Shown: positions 26,712 through 38,348 of the stretch, one piece after another
Layout of the letters: the number at the start of each line of letters is the position of its first letter
Numbering within the stretch: position 1 is the first letter of the stretch
Assembly: GCF_006345805.1 (NCBI RefSeq)
Contig: NC_043002.1
Location: forward strand, 60,140,001 to 60,204,000
Direction of reading: 5' to 3'
Origin: Octopus sinensis
Taxonomy: Eukaryota
DNA: 64,000 bases
Program-made: the position numbers and the translations under genes
Notes under the pieces: generated by a model
Seen by the model: only the letters and a program-made list of their open reading frames with translations
Databases searched by the model: none
What the model was told of the DNA's origin: nothing

Positions 26712-28048
26712 GGCAGGATGTAATGAACTTTACATCCCTCAAAAATTGCTGGTTTCTGCTAAAATGGGAAACCAATATTTAGAGGTTTCTCTTCATCGCA
26801 CCACTGTAATCTATATTAAGATTTGCTGAGAAAGCCCAGACTGCTTCCATTTTTAAAAGAATACACCGAAACAGACGAAGGCGAACGATCGAGGGCACCA
26901 CTATAAAAACAAATAACATAACAAAAGAGAAACGTACCTAATATGTTGCAAATTATCTTTTGTTGTGATCAAACAGGAATTAGAATATTTAGTCACAGAT
27001 GTAAAATACTTGGGAGGCGAGAAGACTAGTCATGCCGGGAATGTATGTGAAAAAGCCTGTTGAAAGTCAGTGTCGAAGGATCAGCTACCAACAACAATAA
27101 CTGAAAGCGATATGGCCTCGAAGATTTCAATATTTTCTTCCAAGTTAGAGCAAGTCCATTCCGTTAAGGACGCGGACTTTCATGCGCATTGATTCATGAA
27201 CACAAACTATCTGTATATATATATATATATATATATACATATACATCTATACTGTGTGTATGCGTGTAGAGTGGGAGAGAGAGATAGAGTGAGGCAGAAA
27301 GGTACATAATTCAAGACGATATTTTAATGAATAACTAACATAACGTCGGATTATTCGTCGGTCACAATTGATTATATGGCATATGTACATAAAATCAATG
27401 TCATACACATACGTAAACTCACACACACACACAAACACACACATACACACACGCACAGATATATATATATATATATGAGGCAGGATGTAATATATCGATG
27501 TGATTAATGGTTTCACAGTCTGTTTTTTCAAAAATGATTGAGCTATATTGAAATAGTAAGATAAAATTTACGTATTTTATTATAATCATATCTTAATTAA
27601 GCCATCACGTACCAACGGTGCCATATCTTTTTATTCATTTTTAATGAAGTTTAAATTTAGATTTTCTTCTTTGAGACTGCTTAGACATAGTGAAATTCGA
27701 TTATTTGATTCTGCTGCATATTAACTATTAATTTATGATTTATTATCTTAATTAAATGTCGTTCTCGGCTCAGCTTTAAAAGTTATATACACAGCCCGTG
27801 ATTTTAGTTAATATAAATTATTTAATGTGAAAATTTCTAAATATGTAAGAAATATATGTTATTCGTTGTATTCATTTGTATACATATATTACGTATGAAT
27901 ATAAGCATGCTCATATATACGTATAAATGTATATATATGCATAAAAAGGTGCATATATTCATGTATATATAAGTGTATATATATATATATATTATATGTA
28001 TGCATATATATATATCTATATAAAAGTGTGTGTGTATATATATATGTG

Positions 28049-28083
<35 letters not shown>

Positions 28084-28104
28084 ATATTGAGGTCATATTA
28101 TAAG

Positions 28105-28602
28105 AGGTAATGGTGTCATTGAGACCCAAAGGTGTCAGGTAATGCTGAATAAGTGCTATAGACAGACCATAGTTAAGTTACAGGTTCGGTGATTTTGCGA
28201 ATACAGGGTTCGAAGTTGGTCAAATGTCAGCGTGCGTATATAAGTTTTTTTTAGCCTAATGAATTAAAAATGCAAGGCTGTGTAGATATTAGAACATTTA
28301 TAGATACGTCTTACAGCTGTTTCCAGGGTATTTATTAATTATATCCCTTATTTGGAGACGGTATGAGAGGATGGTTAAGTAATAGTTTATTTAGATAGGA
28401 TACAAAATAGAGAGTGAGGTGGAGAAAAGAAAATAGATGTGAGATATGTAGGGATATTGAAGTTGTATATCCATTTTTTAGGAAGAATGATATATATGTA
28501 AGATTCCAATAGCTTTTGAGTAAGATTTAACAGTATGTAAAATTGGTCATTCCAAGTACAGAATTATAGACAGTGTATCAATTCTGTACTTGTAATGACC
28601 AA
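28105..28602 (-). mobile_element. Decayed PLE 3' end/pLTR with hammerhead relic and terminal hairpin
   Basis: Minus strand CGTCT-ccaaata-a-GGGATAT..ATATCCC-tg-GAAAC-AGCT-GTA-AGACG (28307-28361) with stems intact and core decayed; 23-bp inverted repeat at 28543-28602; flanked by (TA)n. Confidence 0.5.
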
Positions 28603-28607
28603 CTTTA

Positions 28608-28664
<57 letters not shown>

Positions 28665-28850
28665 ATTAGGGCTTAGTAAAATAAATTACTTTGTCACATA
28701 CTGAACTTAGTAGAAATAGCAGCCAAAAAAAAAAATTTTGTTAGCATTTCTACTACTTAAAGAAAAATTTCTCTCAGATAATGTTTACTCCAGACAGCTC
28801 ACGAAGGTTTGGGAGTAAATACAGAAACATATCACAAGTACATAGATCGT

Positions 28851-28911
28851 TTGAGTACGTCAACGTTTCAAGATTAGCCAAATAAAATCAGCATTTCTTT
28901 CGTCAGCTCAA
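28851..28911 (-). ncRNA. Type I hammerhead ribozyme (canonical core)
   Basis: TTGAG-CTGACGA-AAGA..TCTT-GAA-ACGT-TG-ACGT-A-CTCAA; GUA triplet. Confidence 0.85.
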
Positions 28912-29419
28912 AATTTCTTAATTTGGATTTGGAAACACTAAAAAGAAGGAACTTTACCTATCAGCGAACTTGTCGCTTCAGATGAACCACTCCAACTAAA
29001 CAGTGTCAACAAATTCAAAATGCGCAGGCGTAAAATTCTGCACTCCCCATTCCACCCACGTGGTCTATCTAGCAAACATTATATTTTAACCGCGAGAACC
29101 GAGGCAGTATGACCGAGAGAAATGAATTATAATATCAACAATTTGAGGGTAAAATTAATTAATTAATCAATTTCACCAAGTGTTCAGTATGTAAAAGGAC
29201 CATTTAAGGCGAATTCAAAATATTACATTATATAATTAGGGCTTAGTAAAATAAATTACTTTGCCACATACTGAACTTAGTAGAAATAGCAGCCAAAAAA
29301 AACATTTTCTTAGCATTTCTACTACTTAAAGAAAAATTTCTCTCAGATAATGTTTACTCCAGACAGCTCACGAAGGTTTGGGGGTAAATACAGAAAAATA
29401 TCACAAGTACATAGATCGT

Positions 29420-29480
29420 TTGAGTACGTCAACGTTTCAAGATTAGCCAAATAAAATCAGCATTTCTTTCGTCAGCTCAA
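29420..29480 (-). ncRNA. Type I hammerhead ribozyme, second tandem copy (569 nt from the first)
   Basis: Identical to 28851-28911. Confidence 0.85.
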
Positions 29481-29693
29481 AATTTCTCTCGGTCATACTG
29501 CCTCGGTTCTCGCGGTTAAAATATAATGTTTGCTAGATAGACCACGTGGGTGGAATGGGGAGTGCAGAATTTTACGCCTGCGCATTTTGAATTTGTTGAC
29601 ACTGTTTAGTTGGAGTGGTTCATCTGAAGCGACAAGTTCGCTGATAGGTAAAGTTCCTTCTTTTTAGTGTTTCCAAATCCAAATTAAGAAATT

Positions 29694-29754
29694 TTGAGCT
29701 GACGAAAGAAATGCTAATTTTATTTGGCTAATCTTGAAACGTTGACGTACACAA
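29694..29754 (+). ncRNA. Type I hammerhead ribozyme in the inverted unit
   Basis: Same motif on the plus strand; one stem I mismatch (CACAA) and one change in the stem II region. Confidence 0.75.
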
Positions 29755-30092
29755 ACGATCTATGTACTTGTGATATTTTTCTGTATTACCCCCAACCTTC
29801 GTGAGCTGTCTGGAGTAAATATTTTATCTGAGAGAAATTTTTCTTAAGTAGTAGAAATGCTAAGAAAATTTTTTTTTTGGCTGCTATTTCTACTAAGTTC
29901 AGTATGCGGCAAAGTAATTTATTTTACTAAGCCCTAATTATATAATGTAATATTTTGAATTCGCCTAAATGGTCCTTTTACATACTGAACACTTTTTACC
30001 CTCAATTGTTGATATAATAATACTATATATATATATATTATATAATATATTTATACATATATTTATATACGTATATATATATATACGTATAT

Positions 30093-30208
<116 letters not shown>

Positions 30209-30230
30209 ATATATATGTATATACATATAA

Positions 30231-30525
30231 ACTTAGATATGTTTCGGCCAAAGATTGGTCCAGGCCATGTCTAACTTAATAGCATCACCTGATAGGATTA
30301 TCTAAATCCTGTTTAAGTCAAGTTTTATTTATGATCCATTCAAGTAGTGAGTTTTTGTTGGGTGAGTTGTATCCACATATGGGTGGCCTATCTGTTATTC
30401 CTTGAAGGAATCTATCCAGACCCCATTTAAAGTTGATGGGATCCTTTTCCTCTTTGATCTCTTTCGAGGCAATATTAAATAGGTCAGGGCCTGATGAGGA
30501 AAAGAAATTATGTTGCCGTGTAAAT
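30231..30525 (-). mobile_element. Short 3' end of a CR1/L2-group LINE
   Basis: Minus translation [47 protein letters not shown] parallels the C-terminus of ORF 33136..33747; 3' UTR matches 33061-33120. Confidence 0.8.
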
Positions 30526-30563
30526 GTATGCTACGCATACATATATATTCATATTTATGTGTA

Positions 30564-30671
<108 letters not shown>

Positions 30672-31052
30672 AATGGTTGTGTAACTCAATTGAGGAAGAT
30701 ATGTCAACCGGAGTTACATAATCACATTTATAAATTTACAGTTATGACTGCGATAACAAGCGATGTCGAACGCAGAGTGCGCCTGTTTCACTACATTCCA
30801 GTGACCCTCAGAGAAACTTTATGTTGTCGCATATGTACTCGCTCTGGGTGTGAACCTTCTTAAAGAAACACAGCGTCCAAGCATTCATATTTATTACTTG
30901 TGAAATATTATATAGGATTGATACAATAACTATGAGTGTACCATTGTTACCTATTCATTTTAGAAGTCGAAACTGTGAATCTAATGGAGACCACAAGAAT
31001 GAAATGTTGATACACAGAGACACACGTACATAGTTATAAGTCTCTCTCTCTC

Positions 31053-31120
<68 letters not shown>

Positions 31121-31223
31121 AATTTAAAATACTGAGAGTAGAAATTGATATCAGTCAATTAATATCAATTTAAACCAGTGGTCTAGCATATTAAAATTTT
31201 TAAGATTTAAAAATTATATTACA

Positions 31224-31506
31224 ATTAATAAAAGGAATGACCACTAAAGGGGAAAACTATACGCTAGAAATAGACGTTAAATCGCCTTACCACAAAGAGT
31301 GTGTTCTCAAGAAAAAAACCCAGTAAATGCCAAAATGTAAAAAATAAGCAAGGCAAATGAAAAGTTACAAAATAAAACGATTATCTACGTATCATGATTT
31401 CATTATTAATACTTACAAAATGAGAACACACTCTTTGTGGTAAGGCGATTTGACGTCTACTTCTAACGTATAGGATTCCAATTTAGTGGTCATTCCTCTT
31501 GTTAAT
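31224..31506. repeat. Inverted repeat pair (~86-bp arms, ~111-bp spacer)
   Basis: 31224-31309 vs reverse complement of 31421-31506 (ggaatgaccactaaa..aaatcgccttaccacaaagagtgtgttctca). Confidence 0.8.
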
Positions 31507-31508
31507 AG

Positions 31509-31509
<1 letters not shown>

Positions 31510-31602
<93 letters not shown>

Positions 31603-31693
31603 GTAGATACATACATACATACATACATACATACATAAATACATACATACATACATACATACATACATACATACATACATACATACATACATA
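31510..31693. repeat. Compound microsatellite (TA)n-(GATA)n-(CATA)n
   Basis: Directly visible. Confidence 0.95.
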
Positions 31694-32522
31694 GATGATT
31701 AGAAAATTATGCTTTCATTCAATATCAACATTTCACGTGTATCAGAATCACAAAACGTCATTTGTATTCTCAGTATTTCGGTCATGCCAGAGGAGGTTTA
31801 TTGCTTTAACGCAGCAATCATTTAAAAATCGATTATCTAAACTAGCAAAATATTATAAGCAATCGTCCAAAACATGATTGCAATTGAGCAGATACATAAA
31901 AATTTATCTCACTGTACTCAGCGTAAGTTGTATTTTAGATTCTTTTTCACATTAATCACATTCTATTCACGTCGAGACAGAGTTGAAACTAAAATATGGG
32001 GGAGGTCCGGGTGTAATGGAACACAAGTAGTGCAGAAATTACGAACAACGCATTGAGAGTATAACAGCCCCTAATATTGCCTTATGTCTGAGATGTAAAC
32101 AGACCACCTTGTTTTCACTTTTAAACTATACGCCCAGTCAGTTTTTGTTTTATTGAGTTTAGTCACATGAATTTGCTGGTTCTGAAAGCAGTTAATGATT
32201 GGCCAACCAAGCGATAGCTTTTCGGTAGTGTTTCCCCAAAACACATCCTACTGTGATGTTAATTCAGGATTATGAAATTGTTCTTTCAAAATGCGATACA
32301 ATTGAATCACTACAGAAAACGTGATTCCTAGGAAACTACATGACCCAAAATTTGTATATGAAACAGCTCACCAAATAATACGACAAGGCAGGATTCATAA
32401 TTCCCTACTAAACGTAGGCACCCATCTGCCTTTACTGTTTGCTGTTTTGAGGTCACTTTAAAATGCATTGGATTAATCTTAACAATGCGCCACTGTGTAT
32501 TGCATTGGGATATATGCTATAT

Positions 32523-32583
<61 letters not shown>

Positions 32584-32584
32584 C

Positions 32585-32679
32585 TGGGCTGATGAACTGT
32601 CTGATGAACTGTCTGATGAACGGCAACGAGAAACTCAGAGTAACAGATTTTGTTGAATTTTCTGCTGCTTAAAATAAAG
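32585..32679 (+). mobile_element. Tiny solo pLTR of the 6.8-10.1 kb PLE family with intact hammerhead (32609-32646)
   Basis: CTGT-CTGATGA-acggcaacga-GAAAC-TCAGA-GTA-ACAG, then the same tail ending AAATAAAG|(TA)n; flanked by (TA)n. Confidence 0.8.
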
Positions 32680-32811
32680 TATATATATATATACAGTATA
32701 TATATATATATAAATCTTTAGATAAAAATATTCAATGAGAATATTATATACTGAATTTATATTGAGTGCTGTACTGTATCAATACTTTAATAGTATTTAT
32801 ATTTTTATACT

Positions 32812-33030
32812 ATATATATATTGATAGAAATGGTAAGAAAACAAAAAAATGATTAAAAGACCTCGATATTATGTAAACAGAGGAATTTATCTGTAAATAT
32901 AATATGTGACAATTATTCTGTAGAAATGATAAAACTTAATTCATTTCGGATGTCGGGGCGGAATCCCACGCCGCCATCTCTTCAGTTATCGGAACATCGA
33001 AGAAAATAATATGAAAATGACCGTTAAACA
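32812..33030 (-). mobile_element. Solo pLTR related to the 53.7-54.8 kb PLE, hammerhead at 32928-32990
   Basis: GATAA-CTGAAGA-GATG..CATC-C-GAAA-tgaattaa-GTT-TTATC; downstream tail homologous to 54745-54822. Confidence 0.65.
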
Positions 33031-33586
33031 TATATATATATACATATATATATATATACAACTTAGAAAGGTTTTGGCCAGTATTGGCCCAGGCCATGTC
33101 TAACTTAATAGCACCACCTGGCGAAGTCTTTCAATTCAGGATTTGGGCACAAAGGCACATTCGAGCTGAGAGTTATTGTTTGCGGAGACATAACCGGGTG
33201 TGGGTGGTTTGTCCGAGACTGTTTGAAGGAATTTGTCCAAAGACTGCTTGAATTTTGTGTGGTCAGTTTCTGTTTTGACGTGTCCTGGTGTAATATTGAA
33301 GAGACCAGGTCCAATTGAGGTGAAATAATTGTGCCGTATTGTTGTTATGAGATGCGATTTAGATTTTTGTTGTGGACGGATGGCACGGGGTCCAAGCCTT
33401 GGATGTATTTTGAAGGTGATACCAACATCATTTAGACAGTGCTGATGGAATATTTTCCACATCATACAGATAATGTAGCGTTCACGGCGTTGTTGGAGTG
33501 AATACAGTTTCAGCTTTTCCAGTCGACCCCAGTAGTCAAGGTCTGACACGCTCTCTATCTTTTTCGTGATTGACCTTTGGGGAGCT

Positions 33587-34420
33587 TCAACTTTCATAAT
33601 ATTCCGTTTCATGTAGGGAGACCACAATTGGACAGCAGTATTCAAGGTGAGGTCGGGCAAAAGTAGAGAAGAGAAGGATAATGGTGTGGGAATCTCTCGA
33701 CTGGAAGGTTCTGAGAATCCAAGAACACATTCTGCGGGCCATGTCAACTTTGCTGCTTATATGTGTAGCCCAGCTTATGTTGTTGTCCACAGTTACTCCC
33801 AAGTCTCTGATGTTGTTAGACGCCATGAGAGTTTCACCAGAAGGAAGGGAGTATGGGAGTTTCAGAGCGTCCTCCCTTCCAAAGTGGATAAATTCGAATT
33901 TGTCTTCGTTTAGCAACATGTTGTTCTTTTCCGCCCATTGGACAACAGCCAGTAGGTCTGACTGAAGGTTTATCCGGTCATCCACGCCATCGATGACCTT
34001 CTGGAGCTTGGAATCATCAGCGAAGATTCTGATGTTACTGTATTTGATGATGTCAGTGATGCCATTAATGTAGATTATGAAGAGAAGTGGGCCCAACACA
34101 GTGCCTTGTGGGACACCACTACTGACTTTGGCTAGGCTGGATTTGACTCCTTCGACTACAACATGTTGGGTTCTGTTAGACAGGAAGCACTTGATCCATT
34201 GCAGCAGCTTTCCAGTGACACTAATATTGGACAGCTTTCTCAAAAGGATCTTATGATCAACCCTGTCAAAGACCTTGCTGAAATCAAGGTAGATAACATC
34301 AGTTTTGGAACCCTCTCCCGAGGCACTCAAAATTTCATCGAAGTGATGCAGTAGCTGCGTCAGGCAATAACTTCCATTACGGAATCCATGCTGGTTGGAG
34401 TTCAGCATATTATGACTCAA
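33587..34420 (-). pseudogene. LINE reverse transcriptase fragment
   Basis: Non-LTR RT motifs QHGFR, DFSKVFD, GVPQG..LGPLLF, FADD. Confidence 0.92.
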
Positions 34421-35295
34421 GGAAGTGAGTCATACGCGATCTCACCACTCTCTCAAATACCTTAATGATATGAGAGGTGAGTGAGATTGGACGGTAATTC
34501 ACGGCAAGGGATTTGTTTCCTTATTTGAAAACTGGGACAACAGACTGGGATAGAAGGTTTTCTGGTATATATCCAGCATCCAGTGAGTTCCGCCCACATA
34601 TTGGCTAGAGGGGGTGCAAGTTGGTGTTGACACATCTTCAAGACACAAGCAGGGAACCTATCGGGACCTACTGCTGAATTATGCTTCATTTCCTTTATTG
34701 CTGCTAAAACATCAGGAGCACCAAAGGTTATGTCCAATAATGTGTATTGGGGAGTAACACCAGTGATACAGCCCAGATCAGCCATATCAGGATTACTGAA
34801 AACAGAGCAGTATTGTTTCTGCAACATCTCACCCATGGTTTTGGCATTGTCTTGAAGAGTACCAATTTCATTAATCAGAGGGCCAACAGTAGAGCCAGTA
34901 ACTTTGTGTTTTTTGCAAATGAGAAGAACACTTTGGGATTAAGTTTGATCTTCTCAATGGCCCAGGCCTCTTCAGTTCTTCTCTGACTATTGATGATAAA
35001 CATCATATTGTTTTGGAGATTATGTTTTTTAATCTCTAGCGACGTGATGGCAGTCAGGTTGGTGTGTTGCTGTTGACAGTATTTCAGCTTGTTGATTTTT
35101 TTGTTAATTCTTTTAAATTTCTATTTCTAGGGATTCTGCACTTCTTAATGCGGATCTTAATGGGGTGTATTTTGTACATATGTTCGTAATGGTGTCTACA
35201 AATGACTGCCAGGACTTTTTGATGTTTTTGATGTTAGTCGGTGTGTATGTGTGCGTGAAGGACCAATCGACTTGTGCAAGATCATTACTGATTGC

Positions 35296-36066
35296 TTACC
35301 ACTTTGCGTTGTGGAAATCCATAGTGTCAAATGGATGGACAGGAGGGATGACGTTTGTTTTGCATTCTGGCCGGTGAAATCTCAGATCACAGAGAACCAT
35401 GTCATGATCAGAGAGTAGAGTTTTCTCCACTGCAATATTGTGGATAGTGTCAGTGTGATTGCAGAAAATTAAGTCTAGGACGTTTTTGTGACATCTCGGT
35501 TCGAGCACCAGTTGGGAAAGGAAGAAATCATGCATGAAATCATGAAGCGATTCCACTGCCTCCCTGTCATGGGTTGAGACAGAAGAACCTGGCGGTAGAC
35601 TGTTTGTAGACCAGTCAACTCCAGGGAGATTGAAGTCCCCCATCATTAAGATGTTGTCAGATTGATACTGCTGAATGAAACACTTTATGTTATTGAGGCA
35701 TTCTTTGAAGCATGGTAGATGCGTTTGGGGTGGTCTGTAGAGCCCAATTACTATTAAGTTGTTGGTTTGACTGAATACAGCGACTGCTTCGCAGTATCCA
35801 TTGGAAAATATGTTCATAGCCTCTGTTGAGAAAGAATCATGAACATAAATGGCAGTCCCACACTTTCTTCTGCCAGCAAGATCAGCACGAATGGCTTTGA
35901 AATCTTTAACTTTTACCTCGGCTTCCAAGTGGAGGTTACTAAGCTGGGTTTCGGTGAGGACGAAGAAAGGGATGTGGTTTGGATGGGCATCAACCCAGTC
36001 TTCCAGGAATTTTATTTTCCATTTTTGAGTATTGGTGGTAGGGCTGATGCCTTGGGCGTTGAGCAA
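35296..36066 (-). pseudogene. LINE apurinic-type endonuclease fragment
   Basis: LNAQG, LTET, GLYRPP, GDFN, LDLIF, SDH motifs. Confidence 0.9.
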
Positions 36067-36202
36067 AAATGTTGAGGCGAGAGTGGATGGTTTTAATTGT
36101 TTTGGTGTTTTGCTTATTTGTTTGCTTTTTAATGGATGTGCAGTGGGGTCATAGTGGTGGATGGTGGTGAAATATAAATATACATGTACATATATACATA
36201 TA

Positions 36203-36596
36203 GGCGCAGGAGTAGCTGTGTGGTAAGTAGCTTGCTAACCCACCACATGGTTCCAGGTTCAGTCCTACTGCGTATAACTTTGGGCGAGTGTCTTCTACTC
36301 TTGCCTCGGGGTGACCAAGCTCTTGTCAGTGGATTTGGTAGATGGAAACTGAAAGAAGCCTTTCGCATATATATACATACATGTGTGTGTGTTTTGTGTC
36401 TGGGTTTGTCCGCGACACCATCGGTTGAAAACAGATGCTGGTGTGTTTACGTCCCCGTCGCTTAGCGGTTCAGCAAAAGAGACTGCTAGAATAAGTACTA
36501 GGCTTACAAAGAACAAGCCCTGGGGTCGATTTCCTAGAATAAACGTGGTGCTCCAGCATGGCCGCCGTCAAATGACTGAAACATGTAAAAGAATAG
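36203..36596 (+). mobile_element. SINE family A, near full length
   Basis: GGCGCAGG start, A and B boxes, CAGTC/GACTG-type 3' hairpin, AAAAGA tail. Confidence 0.88.
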
Positions 36597-36617
36597 AATC
36601 ATATGTATATATATTTA

Positions 36618-36665
<48 letters not shown>

Positions 36666-36834
36666 CATATAGTTTATTTAAATATGATCAAATTCATATA
36701 ACACAATTCCGTCCTACAGCTCCTTCCAAACCTAATTAACTCAATTACAGAAAATAATTTAATTCAAATTTTAATATTGAAACTGGTTAATTGGGTATTT
36801 CATCACGGGAATATATATACATATAAATGCATAT

Positions 36835-36922
<88 letters not shown>

Positions 36923-36927
36923 GTATA

Positions 36928-36993
<66 letters not shown>

Positions 36994-37233
36994 TATATAT
37001 ATATAGACTCATATATATATGTAGACATATATAAATAAAATATATCCCCTTGTATCTATCCAATTCTACGTGCTTTTATAGCAGCAGCAGGGTCCTTCAT
37101 CTATCATTTCTAGCAGTGTATGTGTTCTTATCCGCTCAGTCATCCTCAGTCATGTTTAATGGCATTTATTGCTTTCCTTTTTGGTAAAATCTTACTAATT
37201 AGCTGCCTCATTTAATTGTATATGTGTATAGGA

Positions 37234-37278
<45 letters not shown>

Positions 37279-37349
37279 ATGTGGTGGATGGGTGGGTGTG
37301 TTTGTGGGTTTGTATGTATGATTGTACATGTAATAATAATTTAAATTAT

Positions 37350-37495
37350 GTACATTATTTACATTTGTCAGATATTTGTCCTCATCTTGTTTGTTGTGGT
37401 TAATACATCATTTCGGCTGGTATACCCTTCAGGCCACATCAAGTGTTTTGGGGGAAATTTCGAACCTTGGTTCTCATTCCTAAGGTATTTTCGCC

Positions 37496-37497
<2 letters not shown>
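37350..37497 (-). mobile_element. Decayed solo pLTR (family of 5925-6070) with hammerhead relic 37403-37446
   Basis: Reverse complement aligns with 5925-6070; abuts (ATT)n 37498-37565. Confidence 0.6.
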
Positions 37498-37566
<69 letters not shown>

Positions 37567-37622
37567 TGTCGCTCCTTGGAATCGAACACGGAATCTCTGA
37601 AATATAGAACTGAATAATAATG

Positions 37623-37666
<44 letters not shown>

Positions 37667-37885
37667 AACACCCACCCACACACACATATATGTGTTTAAG
37701 TCATAATTAGAGGATAAAATTATAAAAAGTAATAAATTTTATCAATGACCAGCATATAAAATCCTTTATTATTATGGGCACAAAAGCTATTATGTCTATA
37801 TGCCGAATACGACCTACTACTTCTAGTATGCACTCCACTGATGATGTGTGAATACACAGATATTGCAGGATGATATATTTATATA

Positions 37886-38064
37886 GGCGCAGGAGTGGCT
37901 GTGTGGTAAGTAGCTTGCTAACCAACCACATGGTTCCGGGTTCAGTCCCACTGCGTGGCATCTTGGGTAAGTGTCTTCTGCTATAGCCCCGGGCCGACCA
38001 ATGCCTTGTGAGTGGATTTGGTAGACGGAAACTGAAAGAAGCCTGTCGTATATATGTATGTATG

Positions 38065-38134
<70 letters not shown>

Positions 38135-38348
38135 TGTGTCTGTGTTTTCCCCCTAGTATTGCTGGACAACCGATGCTGGTGTGTTTACGTCCCCGTCACT
38201 TAGCGGTTCGGCAAAAGAGACCGATAGAATAAGTACTGGGCTTACAAAGAATAAGTCCCGGGGTCAATTTCCTCGACTAAAGGCGGTGCTCCAGCATGGC
38301 CGCAGTCAAATGACTGAAACAAGTAAAAGAGTAAAAGAGTAAAAAGAG
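37886..38348 (+). mobile_element. SINE family A, full length, best preserved copy
   Basis: A box TGGCTGTGTGG, B box GGTTCAGTCCC, internal (TA)n(TG)n, 3' CAGTCA-aa-TGACTG hairpin, (AAAAGAGT)n tail. Confidence 0.9.

Larger units (their letters stand above)
28657..30018 (-). mobile_element. Non-coding hammerhead-bearing tandem element: ~1.46 direct units of ~570 bp plus one inverted unit
   Basis: Unit restarts at 29227; 29483-30018 is the reverse complement of a permuted unit; ATTTCT microhomology at the switch; (TA)n on both sides; no ORF of 60 aa or more. Confidence 0.9.
33061..36175 (-). mobile_element. Decayed CR1/L2-group LINE (APE plus RT), 5'-truncated near a SINE insertion
   Basis: APE-like ORF 35296..36066 (VLTET, GLYRPP, MGDFNLP, SDHDMV); RT ORF 33587..34420 (YLDFSKVFDRVDH, SGVPQGTVLGPLLF, FADDSK); C-terminal ORF 33136..33747; stops and frameshifts between them. 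Confidence 0.92.

Noticed and set aside
30488-30508. CTGATGAGGAAAAGAAA on the plus strand
   Set aside because: It is the antisense of LINE coding sequence (FFSSSGP); no stems.
37090-37165. CTGAGGA...GAAATG on the minus strand
   Set aside because: Stems I and III cannot be formed convincingly.
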